Source of the DNA: Polyangiaceae bacterium
GTDB lineage: Bacteria; Myxococcota_A; Polyangia; Polyangiales; Polyangiaceae
Direction of reading: 5' to 3'
DNA: 64,000 bases
NCBI GenBank assembly: GCA_044376115.1
Contig: JBILLK010000021.1
Coordinates: 96,001 to 160,000, forward strand
The translations under genes and the position numbers were made by a program. A model generated the notes under the pieces. It saw only the letters and a program-made list of their open reading frames with translations, was not told where the DNA came from and did not search any database. Below, piece by piece: positions 38,665 through 48,379 of this stretch (position 1 is its first letter; each line of letters begins with the position of its first letter).

Positions 38665-40587
38665 ATGAGCCTCTGGGGCAAGGTCAAAAGCTTCTTCGGC
38701 GGCGGAGCGAGCGGTGGAGACGGCGGCGATGGTGGCCCGAAGGATCCGGCCGCGATCATCGAAGCCGCGGTTGCCAGCGCGCCCGCCTCTACCTCGCCCG
38801 CCGCCGTGCGCGCTGTCGGCGCGGCGATCCTTCAGCTGGCCTCGTCCGGGAAGATGTTCTCCTCCGGCGAGTTCATCACGCAGGACCATCGCGCGCGCAT
38901 TTTGGCTGCCAAACACCTCGAGGCCTGCGGGCTGCTCGTGGCGCTCGGCTACCAAAAGACCGATCGCGTTTACCACCCGATCGGCGAGGACCCGCAGGCG
39001 TTCGCCCCTCCCGTCTCACAACCGCCCCCGCGCTCGTCGAGCTTCACCGCCCAGCCGCAAAGCCCAGCTCCGCAACGCCCGTCGGTGGCCGGCCCTTCGA
39101 ATCAAGGTGGTGGCTATCGTCAGGCGCCTCCGCGCATCGATCCGAACCTGCCGGATCCGTACGAGGCCCACGACATCCTCGGCCTCTCGCCCGAGGAGAC
39201 GCGCAAGCGCTCACTCAAAATCAATCCGTATGCGACCGCCTGGATCGGACGGGTCGATACCATTCCGCCGCAGAGCGACGAACGCACCGCGCTGATCGAT
39301 CGCGGGCTGATCCTCCGCGGCATGCTCACGCAAGACCAAATCCGCGAGATCCATCGCATCGGTGATGCCTGGCTCAAACATCACGAGTCGCACAAACTGG
39401 CGAAGGCCGCGGCCGCTAAATCGGTGGACCTGTTCCTCGAGGGCGAACGCCAACGGAAACTCGCGGTCAAAGAGGAGAAGCGGCAAGCCGCTCAGATCAA
39501 ACGCGCAGACCAGCGCAAGGCCGTCGACGAGCGGAAAAAGAACGACATCGTTTATTTGGGCCGCGACGTCTCCGCGCGCCTCGCAGACAGACGCTCCAAC
39601 GTCGAGGCGCTCGCGGCCGCGGGGCTACCGTTCTTGGCGACGCCCGCCGACGTCGCTGCGGCGCTCGGCCTGAGCATCGGCGAGCTTCGTCACCTCGCCT
39701 TCCACGCAGAGGCCCCAGAGCGCACGCACTACGTCACCTTCGAGGTACCGAAGCGCTCTGGCGGCGTGCGTCTGCTCGCGTCCCCGCACAAACGAGTGCG
39801 CGCCGCGCAGCAGTTCATTCAGGACCAGATCCTGGCCAAGCTGCCGCTGACCGAGCAGGCGCACGGCTTCGTACCCAACCGCTCGACGGTCTCCAACGCG
39901 CGCCTTCACACCCAGCAGAGCTTGGTCATCAACCTCGACCTGAAGGACTTCTTCCCTTCGATCACCTTCCCCCGCGTGCGCGGCCTGTTCGAATCGGTCG
40001 GCTACTCGCAGGCGGTGGCGACCATCCTGGCGCTGATCGTCACCGAGGCACCTCGCATGAAGACCGAGGTCGACGGCAAGACGCTGTGGGTCGCCGCCGG
40101 AGACCGCGCGCTTCCGCAAGGCGCCTGCACCAGCCCGACGATCTCCAACTTGGTCGCGCGCAAGCTCGATCGGCGGCTCGGCGGTTTGTGCAACAAGCTC
40201 GGCGTGACCTACAGCCGCTACGCCGATGATCTCACCTTCAGCCTGCCATCGAAGGACAAGGTCAGCGTCGGCTACTTGTTCGCAAGGGTTCGTCACCTGG
40301 TCGCGGCCGAGGGCTTCGCCATCAACGAGGCGAAAGGCCGCGTGCAACGCGCCGGGGGGCGTCAAGAAGTGACCGGCATCGTGGTCAACGACGGGCTCGC
40401 TCTTCGCCGTGAAGAGCTGAAGCGGCTGCGCGCGGTGCTGCACGACGCCAAGAAGCACGGCCTCGAGGCCGCCAATCGCAAAAACCACCCGAACTTTCGC
40501 GAGCACCTGCTCGGCAAGATCGCCTACGTGACGATGGTCGATCCGGAGAAGGGCAACGCACTGCGCGCTCAGTTCGACGCGCTGTAA
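38665..40587 (+). CDS. Retron-type reverse transcriptase with long N-terminal extension (640 aa)
   Basis: PKRSGGVR, AHGF, NARLH (region X NAxxH), DLKDFFPSI, LPQGACTSP, YADD, RQEVTGIVVN (region Y VTG). Confidence 0.95.
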   Translation: MSLWGKVKSFFGGGASGGDGGDGGPKDPAAIIEAAVASAPASTSPAAVRAVGAAILQLASSGKMFSSGEFITQDHRARILAAKHLEACGLLVALGYQKTDRVYHPIGEDPQAFAPPVSQPPPRSSSFTAQPQSPAPQRPSVAGPSNQGGGYRQAPPRIDPNLPDPYEAHDILGLSPEETRKRSLKINPYATAWIGRVDTIPPQSDERTALIDRGLILRGMLTQDQIREIHRIGDAWLKHHESHKLAKAAAAKSVDLFLEGERQRKLAVKEEKRQAAQIKRADQRKAVDERKKNDIVYLGRDVSARLADRRSNVEALAAAGLPFLATPADVAAALGLSIGELRHLAFHAEAPERTHYVTFEVPKRSGGVRLLASPHKRVRAAQQFIQDQILAKLPLTEQAHGFVPNRSTVSNARLHTQQSLVINLDLKDFFPSITFPRVRGLFESVGYSQAVATILALIVTEAPRMKTEVDGKTLWVAAGDRALPQGACTSPTISNLVARKLDRRLGGLCNKLGVTYSRYADDLTFSLPSKDKVSVGYLFARVRHLVAAEGFAINEAKGRVQRAGGRQEVTGIVVNDGLALRREELKRLRAVLHDAKKHGLEAANRKNHPNFREHLLGKIAYVTMVDPEKGNALRAQFDAL

Positions 40588-40628
40588 GTACTTCTCCTAG
40601 CCGGCCGACGCTGCCATGCTCGGCCGCG

Positions 40629-41066
40629 ATGCCGAAAGACGCCCATCCGTTCGCCGCGCTGAGCGAGCTCACCTTGGTTCCCTCGGAGCCTGCTGCGCGC
40701 GCCGAGAAGGATCCCTTGATTCCGGTCGTGGTCGAGGTGCTCGACGAGCTGCTCGCGGCGGGCGACGTGGTGACCTGCGTGGATCTGCTCGTGCGGCTCG
40801 AGATCCTGACCGCAGAGCAGGTGGCCGCGTGGCGTCGAGGGCAGCTGCCCTATCTCGAGCGAGCCATCACGGCCGGGCTCAACAAGGTCGGCCGCATCCT
40901 GCGCATCCTCGATAACGAAGCGCGCGCTAGAGGCCTCACGCCGAGCGAAGGGAGGTACTTCCGTTCGGGCAAAGGGCCCAAGCGCCGCTTGCGCTTCTCC
41001 AAGCGCGGCGACACCGCCTCCGAGGCTTCGTACGCGCGCCACTACCTGCGACCAGCGTCACGCTAG
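40629..41066 (+). CDS. Basic hypothetical protein
   Basis: WRRGQLPYLE and LRFSKRG....E..YARHY motifs; 41 bp after the RT stop, same strand. Confidence 0.7.
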   Translation: MPKDAHPFAALSELTLVPSEPAARAEKDPLIPVVVEVLDELLAAGDVVTCVDLLVRLEILTAEQVAAWRRGQLPYLERAITAGLNKVGRILRILDNEARARGLTPSEGRYFRSGKGPKRRLRFSKRGDTASEASYARHYLRPASR

Positions 41067-41084
41067 GCGGCGCTTGCAGCTGGC

Positions 41085-42425
41085 TTGGCCGCACGAAAAG
41101 CGCAAGACCTCGCGGCGCGCTCTGCCTTGACGAGGTCGTCGTTTCGACTTTCTCTATCGCTCGTGGCGGCTCGGTCGAAGGACAACGAACGGCTCTTTCC
41201 CAACTTCGTACGCGGCGCGACCGCTGTTGGTTTGGCTCGGCTGCGCGCGATCGCGAAGGCCGCGAAGGTCGCGACCGACGACCTGCCGCAAGCCGACGCT
41301 GCCGCGATCGCAAGGCGGCTCCTCGAGGGGCTCCCGGAGCCAGCGTTCTTTCTCCACCACGTAAAGCGCGCTGACGAAATGCGGATGGCGGAGGCCCTCG
41401 GTCTTCCTGACCCGACGGCCTGGGCCGCGCTCAACCCGGTCACGGCGGAGATCCGCGCGATGCCGAGCTATCGCCAACCGTCGTGGCAACGTGAAGTATG
41501 GAACGCGTTCAGCAAGAAGCTTGCGCCCGAGCGAGCAAAGCCTCGCGCAACGTCGGCGCGTGATCCGCACCATGCCGCACAGTGGAAGGAGCTCGGGGAT
41601 GCACGCAGGTGGGCGAAGCTCAACTCCGCGGTGAAGATGCGGCTCTCTGCGGAGCTTGCCAAAGCCCTCGGGGAAGGCTTTGCACCGGACCCTGAGGCCG
41701 CCGGGCACAGCGCCGTTCGGGATCTGAAAACCGGCGTTCGCTACGTCGCGATCGCTGGCGGCTCCCGCGCCATGGGCCTCAGCAAGGAGGAGCAAACGCA
41801 GCTCCGCAAGCTGCTGAAGGCGGAGCCCAACGCCGAGGCTGTCGAGCTCTTGAAGGGCTATGCGGCGCAGACCCGTCCCGAGCGCGTGGTCACCGTGCCG
41901 CCATTCTTGTGCGCACGAACGCCGCTGCTCGAGGCGCAGGTCGCTGGGCAGGTCGAGGTGGACTGCGCCAACGTGCACCACGTCGCACGGATCTCGCGAG
42001 AGCGTGCAGCGGCGTGCGTCCGGATGCTCGCGGCTCGCCTGCTCAGCGAAGCCGAATGGGAGTGGGTCGCGAGAGCCGGCGGCGCGCGCCAATGGCTGGT
42101 GAACGGGGAGGCTCCCCGCGCGGGCATCGCCGCCTTGGCCGCGAGCCGTGACCTCGCCGAGGACGAGCATCCCTGGGGTGTATCGGGGCTCGCGTGGGGC
42201 TCGTGGGTGGATGACGCTTGGCAGCCGACGTACAAAAAGGCCCCCGTTGACGGCTCGGCGTTCAGCCCGCTCGAGCTGCCCGAAACGGTGCGCGGCGGCG
42301 GTCTCGAGGTATGGCCGTGGCAAGGCAGCGGTGAGCTATTGAGTACCCACGCCTCATCACGCGACCTGGACCGGCTCGGGGATCACGCGCTGCTCGTCGC
42401 GCTCGATCTGCCACCGAGAGGGTGA
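41085..42425 (+). CDS. Protein with C-terminal SUMF1/FGE-sulfatase-like domain
   Basis: IAGGSRAMG, VTVPPFLCARTP, RLLSEAEWEWVARAG, VRGGG. Confidence 0.65.
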   Translation: MAARKAQDLAARSALTRSSFRLSLSLVAARSKDNERLFPNFVRGATAVGLARLRAIAKAAKVATDDLPQADAAAIARRLLEGLPEPAFFLHHVKRADEMRMAEALGLPDPTAWAALNPVTAEIRAMPSYRQPSWQREVWNAFSKKLAPERAKPRATSARDPHHAAQWKELGDARRWAKLNSAVKMRLSAELAKALGEGFAPDPEAAGHSAVRDLKTGVRYVAIAGGSRAMGLSKEEQTQLRKLLKAEPNAEAVELLKGYAAQTRPERVVTVPPFLCARTPLLEAQVAGQVEVDCANVHHVARISRERAAACVRMLAARLLSEAEWEWVARAGGARQWLVNGEAPRAGIAALAASRDLAEDEHPWGVSGLAWGSWVDDAWQPTYKKAPVDGSAFSPLELPETVRGGGLEVWPWQGSGELLSTHASSRDLDRLGDHALLVALDLPPRG

Positions 42426-42543
42426 TTGAACCGCGCAGTCTTGCGCTTCCAAGGCCACGGTTGGTGCGTCATCGGCGAGCGCTGACGGTGGAGCGCAACC
42501 GCGCCCTATTGCAGCAGCACGTCAGGCCATCGATGCTGGCTAC

Positions 42544-43863
42544 ATGCTTGTTCGCGCGCTGCTTGCGATCGGTCTTGCGTTGACCACCGTCCTTCCCGCG
42601 GTGGAGGCGTATGCGTGTGGAGGCTGCTTCGTCGGCCCCGTCCGCTCTTCGCAGGTGACAGGCCACCGAATGATGCTCGTGGTCTCGCAGGAGAGCACCG
42701 TGCTCTACGATCAGTTCGACTACGTGGGCGAGGCGGAGGACTTCGCTTGGGTGCTGCCGATTCGCGGCCAACTCGAAGTCGGGCTGGGCACCGATTGGCT
42801 GCTCTCGACCTTCGATCAGGGCACGACACCGGTGCTTGAAGGTCCCTTCGTCGATTGTCCCGGCAGCAATCCGCCGCCGTTCGACGATTGCTATAGCGTC
42901 GGCCCCGGACCCGGCCCCTCCAGCGGCGGCACGACCACCGGCGAGTACGAGGTCGTCGAGGTGCTGACACAAGAGACGGTTGGGCCGTACGAGTCGGTGC
43001 AGCTCTCCTCCAGCGATCCCGAGGCGCTCACGACCTGGCTGCAGACGCGCGGCTACGCGATTCCCGACGACCTCACGCCGGTGCTCGCGACCTACATCGC
43101 CGAGAAGTTCGACTTCCTGGTGCTTCGGCTTCAGCCGGGCCTGGGCGTCCAATCGATGCGGCCGGTATGGGTGAAGGCGCCAGGTGCGTCGTTCGAACTT
43201 CCGCTGCGCATGGTCGCCGCAGGAACCGGCGTCACTACCGCCATGTCGCTGTTCGTACTTTCGGAGGGCCGCTACCGACCGCAGAATTTTCCGTCCTTCA
43301 CCATCGACCCAGGGGCGCTGGTTTGGAGCTTCGATGAGAACCGTAGCAACTACCGTGAACTCCGCTCGGAGGGCTTCGCAGAGTCTGCAGGCTTTGCTTG
43401 GCTGACCGAGGCGTCCTTTTCACTGCAAGCGGACTTCGCACAGAAGTTCCCGGAACGAGCCACAGACCCGGAGGATCAAGCCGCGGCGCTCGAGCTCGCA
43501 AACTTCGTCGCACCGCTCACCGACTTGCGACTCACGCGCTTGAGCGCAGAACTCAGCCGCGATGCGCTCGCGACGGATCTGCGCCTGGAGGCCGACCCCG
43601 ACCAAAGTGAGCTCATTCCGTACTTCATCATCGACGCATGGACCGGGCAGCCGTGCGCACCGTTGGCTTCGTGCGGGGAGGAGGAGGAGAGCGGTGGCGG
43701 TGGAGCCGGCGGAGCAACCGGTGAACCGCTCAACGTCCGCGCCGAACCAGCGAGCGGTTGCACGCTCGATCGCAATTCAGGCGGTTCAACCCCTGCCCTC
43801 GGCTTGCTCGCGCTCGCGGCGCTCGCCGCGCAGCTACGTCGATACGGCCGAAAGGCGCGCTAG
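42544..43863 (+). CDS. DUF2330 domain protein with MYXO-CTERM-like tail
   Basis: AYACGGCF N-terminus, FAWVLPI, VGPYE, LPLRMVAAG, C-terminal GC...LGLLALAALAA..RR. Confidence 0.85.
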   Translation: MLVRALLAIGLALTTVLPAVEAYACGGCFVGPVRSSQVTGHRMMLVVSQESTVLYDQFDYVGEAEDFAWVLPIRGQLEVGLGTDWLLSTFDQGTTPVLEGPFVDCPGSNPPPFDDCYSVGPGPGPSSGGTTTGEYEVVEVLTQETVGPYESVQLSSSDPEALTTWLQTRGYAIPDDLTPVLATYIAEKFDFLVLRLQPGLGVQSMRPVWVKAPGASFELPLRMVAAGTGVTTAMSLFVLSEGRYRPQNFPSFTIDPGALVWSFDENRSNYRELRSEGFAESAGFAWLTEASFSLQADFAQKFPERATDPEDQAAALELANFVAPLTDLRLTRLSAELSRDALATDLRLEADPDQSELIPYFIIDAWTGQPCAPLASCGEEEESGGGGAGGATGEPLNVRAEPASGCTLDRNSGGSTPALGLLALAALAAQLRRYGRKAR

Positions 43864-43869
43864 CTACGT

Positions 43870-44796
43870 CTAAGCGCCTGGCGCCCTGCAACAGCGAAAG
43901 CCAGTGGAGTAGTCGTGATAGGCCGGCTCGTGAGCCACGGTGGTGAAGCTGCAACCCGCGCCGTGCTCGTTGCCTGTGCTGTAAAAGCCGCCCATGAAGA
44001 TGCCGTTGCCGACCTGCACTGGCTGCCATTGACGCCGCATCTCCTGCTCAAAGGCGGGGATGAAGCTGCTGCTGACCGGGTCGCTCACCCACTCATGGAG
44101 GTTGCCGACCAAGTCGTGAGCGCCGGCCTCCGAGCTGCAGCCTTCATACTCGCCAGTGCGCGCGAGGAAGCCGGGGACCTGATTGAGCTTGGGGCTGTTG
44201 AAGTGCTCATCGTAGTGAAACACCCAGTTGCGTTCGGGAAACAGCGCTGGGAGCAGATGCGTCTTTTCGCGGTTGCAGGCCTTGGCCTTCGTGGCGCGGC
44301 AGGCTGTCATCCATTCGTGCCGCGAACACAGCCGCTTGTCTGCGGCCTTGCACGCCGCCGCGGCCTCGAGCCGACTGATGTAGCCCTGCGGAAAGACCCC
44401 AGCGGAATTAGCCGCGCGATAACGCACGGAGGCTCGCGGCCGCTCGAAGTACGGGTGCACCGAGCTCGAGCCGTCCGCAGCGACCTCTACCAAATGCGCT
44501 TCGTAGCGATCGATGCACACCGACTGCGCACGGACCATCTCGGGCGGGCAGCCGTTCTTCATCGGCGCAGCGTCAGGGCCTGCGGGGCTCGCGCTGAGCG
44601 TCGCAGCGGCGCTGGCTGAAAGCGGCGGTCCCGAGCGCGGTGGAGGGCTCGCAACCGCGGGCGGATCTACGTTCAGCGTCGCCGACGTCGCCGACTCGGA
44701 CGGCGCGGAGCTCGCAGCCGCTCGCTCGGGTTCAGAAAGGTCTGCGACGTTGCAGGCGGTAAGCCACGAAAGCAGCAAGAGGCGCGATGCGCTCAT
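43870..44796 (-). CDS. SUMF1/EgtB/PvdO (formylglycine-generating enzyme-like) family lipoprotein
   Basis: CPPEM, CIDRYE, KRLCS..EW..AC, DLVGNLHEWV, YSTGFRCC. Confidence 0.85.
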   Translation of the reverse strand: MSASRLLLLSWLTACNVADLSEPERAAASSAPSESATSATLNVDPPAVASPPPRSGPPLSASAAATLSASPAGPDAAPMKNGCPPEMVRAQSVCIDRYEAHLVEVAADGSSSVHPYFERPRASVRYRAANSAGVFPQGYISRLEAAAACKAADKRLCSRHEWMTACRATKAKACNREKTHLLPALFPERNWVFHYDEHFNSPKLNQVPGFLARTGEYEGCSSEAGAHDLVGNLHEWVSDPVSSSFIPAFEQEMRRQWQPVQVGNGIFMGGFYSTGNEHGAGCSFTTVAHEPAYHDYSTGFRCCRAPGA

Positions 44797-44876
44797 TCGC
44801 AACCCATCGAGCGAAGGCCGCAGAGTGTGACAGCGGTTGCGCGCGATCATTAGCCAGCTGCACGCAATCACGCTGT

Positions 44877-45398
44877 TTAGAACGTAATGTAGTTCTGCGG
44901 CTTGCCGTACTTGTAGCTCACCGACCCCGTCGCGTGGACGAGACGCTTGAGCTTCTCCACAGCGGCGGAGGCGGCAGGAACTCGAGCCCACGTCGCAGGC
45001 CGCGGACCGGCCGGGTCATCATAGTCGCCCACCACCCGCTTGCCGATCTTCACGCTGTCGACGGTGTCCCCGACGTATCGCCAAGGTATGCCGAGACGCT
45101 TCACCAGCTCGATCCGCGGGTCGTCGGCGAACCTGGATGTCGTACGGATCTCCTGACTCAGCAGAGCTTCGCCCGTCACCAGCATGAGTTCAAGGAGCGG
45201 AAGCTGTTCGTCAGGTAGGGCTCCGTCGGAGCTCGAGAGGAGGGTCAAGAGGAGCTCGTGATGGCCGCGCGTCCATGTCCGTACGAAGTCCCACTCGTGC
45301 TCTTCGAACGGCACTTCGTGCGTCCCCCGCGTGACTGTTACGAAGGGAGCCGCCGAGCCTGAGTTCACTGGGCCTCGCATCGAAGTTGGGCCTAGCAT
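44877..45398 (-). CDS. Hypothetical protein
   Basis: 173-aa ORF co-oriented with its neighbours. Confidence 0.5.
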   Translation of the reverse strand: MLGPTSMRGPVNSGSAAPFVTVTRGTHEVPFEEHEWDFVRTWTRGHHELLLTLLSSSDGALPDEQLPLLELMLVTGEALLSQEIRTTSRFADDPRIELVKRLGIPWRYVGDTVDSVKIGKRVVGDYDDPAGPRPATWARVPAASAAVEKLKRLVHATGSVSYKYGKPQNYITF

Positions 45399-45456
45399 GC
45401 TTCAGCTGCAGGGCCACAGGGTCAGCAAGCGCTGCATCACCGGGTGATGAAGCAAC

Positions 45457-46083
45457 CTAGGTCACCTTGCGACGTCGAAGCACGGGCGGGGCTGGTAACG
45501 CGGGGGGCGGTGAAGGTGGCCGCGGTTGGTGCGGCCATGAGGGCAGACTGCGGGGCAAACGAAAGACCCCGAGGATCTCTTCCCCAGGCTCCCCGCCCCA
45601 GTTCCACATCGTTGCCCAATCCCTTCCCGGCTTGTCTTGCAGGCGGCCTAAGCCATGGACGAGCGCGCGCGCCACCTTGATGGTGACCATGTCGTTCGGT
45701 GGCCTGTAGGGAAGATCGTCATCCTGATAGGTGCTCGTGACCTCCTCGGGCAGCTCGAGCTCCAACTCTTGGATTCCGCCCGCGGGCGTCACGTACGAAG
45801 ACGTGACTAGAACCTCCTGCTGTTCGACCTCGAGCCAGTAGTGAGTTACTGGCCCCGCGACCTCTCTCGCCAAGGCGAGCGCCAGATGTTGGCTGAACCG
45901 CTTGGCATCGGGCCCGAGAAGCCAAGGTCGGTCGCCGACCATGCGGAGCAACATGTGATCGCCCGAGGGGCCGCGAAAGTTCTGTGCGCTCCGCGTTCCA
46001 CCGAGAGCGTGCATTTGCTGTTGAGCGAACGCGTCGAACGCGGCCGTAGTCATGGGTACGCCACCAATCAGAGCTGTGCCCAT
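45457..46083 (-). CDS. Hypothetical protein
   Basis: 208-aa ORF with purine-rich RBS-like upstream sequence. Confidence 0.55.
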   Translation of the reverse strand: MGTALIGGVPMTTAAFDAFAQQQMHALGGTRSAQNFRGPSGDHMLLRMVGDRPWLLGPDAKRFSQHLALALAREVAGPVTHYWLEVEQQEVLVTSSYVTPAGGIQELELELPEEVTSTYQDDDLPYRPPNDMVTIKVARALVHGLGRLQDKPGRDWATMWNWGGEPGEEILGVFRLPRSLPSWPHQPRPPSPPPALPAPPVLRRRKVT

Positions 46084-46129
46084 CGCGATTTCCCTTTACT
46101 GCGACGCTTACCTCGGAGCCCTTGCGCCA

Positions 46130-46927
46130 TCACGGCCGTACGGTCTTGCACAGGGCGAGCGCTGCCTCTTTCTCACTTGGCTCGAGGTAGCCGCGCGTGT
46201 GCCCAGCCCTGCACGAGAGCGCGAGCTCGGTGCCCTCGAGGCAGAGGCTCAGGCCGATGGAGGTCTCACGCTCGACACCGTCCACGAGCTGTGACGAGCC
46301 GGACACTCCGCCGTAGTCGTAGCCGTTGCACGGCGGCGTGACGAACGTGCCGCCCTCTTCACGCTGCGCGCGAGGCGTTACCGAAAGTTGCACGGTGAGC
46401 CCCTCGCCCGAGGTCGGGCCCCAGTGCTGCTTGTATTTGTCGTTGCGCGTCTGTCGGTAGCCGCCGGGCAGCTCGATCGAAAAGGTCTGCCCGTTCAGCG
46501 TAATCTGCTGTGTCCCGCCCTTCGCGGTCGGGCTGTCGGCCGGCTTGAAGCTCGCGCCCGCACGGCCGAGTACCTGCCCGCGTTGGTGATCTGGGTCCCA
46601 CAACACGAGCCGCTCCTCCTCGACGCGCGCACGCCAGGTATCGACGAGCTTCGTGCCTCCGCCGCTCGTGGTGATGGTCAGCTCATCCCCCGCCAGCGCC
46701 CAGGTCGAGACGTCGCTCGTTGCCAGATCATCTTTTGCGCGCCGTACCTCCAGCACACCGCCCGGCTTGAACGTCTTGCGCAGCCCGTGTTCATCCTTCG
46801 ACAGACAGCTCGCGGTGTCCTTGTCGGTGTAGCACAAGGTTTCCCAGTCCCCGAGGATCGCCTCGGGGAGCGGCTTGGGTTTGTCGCAAGCGACAACCAG
46901 CAGGGAGAGCACGAGCCAGCGCCTCAT
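46130..46927 (-). CDS. Lipoprotein with lipocalin-like N-terminal domain
   Basis: VVAC lipobox, ILGDWE, TWALAGDELTI. Confidence 0.65.
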   Translation of the reverse strand: MRRWLVLSLLVVACDKPKPLPEAILGDWETLCYTDKDTASCLSKDEHGLRKTFKPGGVLEVRRAKDDLATSDVSTWALAGDELTITTSGGGTKLVDTWRARVEEERLVLWDPDHQRGQVLGRAGASFKPADSPTAKGGTQQITLNGQTFSIELPGGYRQTRNDKYKQHWGPTSGEGLTVQLSVTPRAQREEGGTFVTPPCNGYDYGGVSGSSQLVDGVERETSIGLSLCLEGTELALSCRAGHTRGYLEPSEKEAALALCKTVRP

Positions 46928-47148
46928 CAGCGAACGGTACACCAGGTTTCGGCTTGTGCGACGTGAACGCAATGGCCGCTCTTCCGGGCCGCCGGGCCGC
47001 GAAGCCGACGCCGTAGCGAACTGAGGTTGTGCAGGTCGGTGCACAGTCGTGCACGCCGATGCACGAGGTCCTCGCGGGCACCGCACGCTATTTCGCGGGA
47101 ATCGTGCTCGGCATAGACGCTGCAAAGCGCTCCTAGAGGGTGCACGAC

Positions 47149-47628
47149 ATGAGACGAACAGGCGGTGGTGGACGGTTCTTGATCGCGGCGATGGTCGCAC
47201 TTTTGTGGACCGCGACTGCGCGCGCGCAGAACGTGAAGAGCGGCAGCGACGAATCAATCGCGGTAACGTCGGAGGCATCCGCTGACGACGCCGTGCCGTC
47301 ATCGGCTGTGACACCGATAGCGGAGGACCCCGCCGAAGCCCGGAGAGCGACGCTTCGCCGCGAAAAAAGCGGCAGGAGTGAAGGCCTGCTCATCGGAGGG
47401 GTTGTTACCCTCGTGCTCGGCGCCGGACAACTCATTGGCGGGGGCGCGTACATGGCCAAGGGCCCCGGATATGGCAGCCTCGATGCGATCTTCGGTGTGC
47501 CGTTGATCGTCTCCGGAGGACTGGGCCTCATCACGGGAGGCATCCTCGTCGGAGTCTCGCAGATTCCGATCCAGGTCCAACCCAGCGTCGCGGGTCAGCC
47601 TGGCCTCACGCTCAGCGGGAGATTCTGA
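47149..47628 (+). CDS. Hypothetical exported/membrane protein
   Basis: Signal peptide, two Gly-rich hydrophobic segments, GLTLSGRF C-terminus. Confidence 0.6.
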   Translation: MRRTGGGGRFLIAAMVALLWTATARAQNVKSGSDESIAVTSEASADDAVPSSAVTPIAEDPAEARRATLRREKSGRSEGLLIGGVVTLVLGAGQLIGGGAYMAKGPGYGSLDAIFGVPLIVSGGLGLITGGILVGVSQIPIQVQPSVAGQPGLTLSGRF

Positions 47629-47775
47629 TAGGCGTCGGAGTTGTTGGTCGCTGCAACGGATCGAGGCAGGATCTATCTATTGGCGTCGTACGAGACGTGG
47701 CTCGAGGGGATGACCTCGACTCAGTACGGCAGTCTCTACCGACGCCGGGATATCGGCTTCTGTTATCGTCATCGG

Positions 47776-48354
47776 GTGGCCGGCTGGAAAGTCCAATCAT
47801 GGGATCGCGCGCTTGGCCGCGGCACCGTCGTGAGCGCCATTGGGACGCTCGACTTCGATGCTTCGATTGCGCTGGTGGATGACTTCGTGACTGGCGAAGA
47901 GGTAGACGTCGCGTTGGCGCCCGCCGCTGGCAGCTTCCGCGTAACGCGTATTGCGCCGAGCCACTGGCGCGAGATCGAGACCTCGGTGGGCCTCGATTTG
48001 GGCGGCGAGATCGAAAAGATCAACCACGTGCTGTACGACCGCGACGCGACGGTCGGCGGCCTCGATAGCGACGGCAAACTCGAAATTGAACTGTCGGTGG
48101 ACACCTATACGCCAGCGATAAGCGTGGTGTTCGAGGGCTGCTCCTTCGTCCAACTTCCGCTCGAGCTCCCCCACCTAAGTCAGCTGAAGGCGTTCCGTGC
48201 TGACGTATTCGTGAGAGAGCATGTCGAGCTCACCAAGCCGTGGCCAGGTCTGCCGCCCAACGCGACGGTGTTTCGGCTCGAGCCCCGACACTTCCGCGAC
48301 GCTGCGGGCTACATCGTTGCTGGCCGCGTGTCGCTGGTTTTAGGGCAACGTTGA
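47776..48354 (+). CDS. Hypothetical protein with cold-shock/OB-like N-terminus
   Basis: KVQSWDRALGRGTV...GEEVDV; TATCGT-N6-GTG start. Confidence 0.45.
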   Translation: MAGWKVQSWDRALGRGTVVSAIGTLDFDASIALVDDFVTGEEVDVALAPAAGSFRVTRIAPSHWREIETSVGLDLGGEIEKINHVLYDRDATVGGLDSDGKLEIELSVDTYTPAISVVFEGCSFVQLPLELPHLSQLKAFRADVFVREHVELTKPWPGLPPNATVFRLEPRHFRDAAGYIVAGRVSLVLGQR

Positions 48355-48379
48355 GGGCGGACTCACAGTCCACCCAAGC

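Noticed and set aside
38381..38976. ORFs crossing the SWIM-RT intergenic region, including the upstream RT start at 38551
   Set aside because: The region is better explained as structured msr-msd RNA; ATG 38551 lies inside the msd stem, so 38665 is preferred.
38665..42425. Diversity-generating retroelement or group II intron interpretation (RT near FGE/C-type-lectin-fold genes)
   Set aside because: The RT has retron NAxxH and VTG motifs. I saw no TR/VR repeat pair differing at adenines, no Avd gene, and no maturase or intron domain V.
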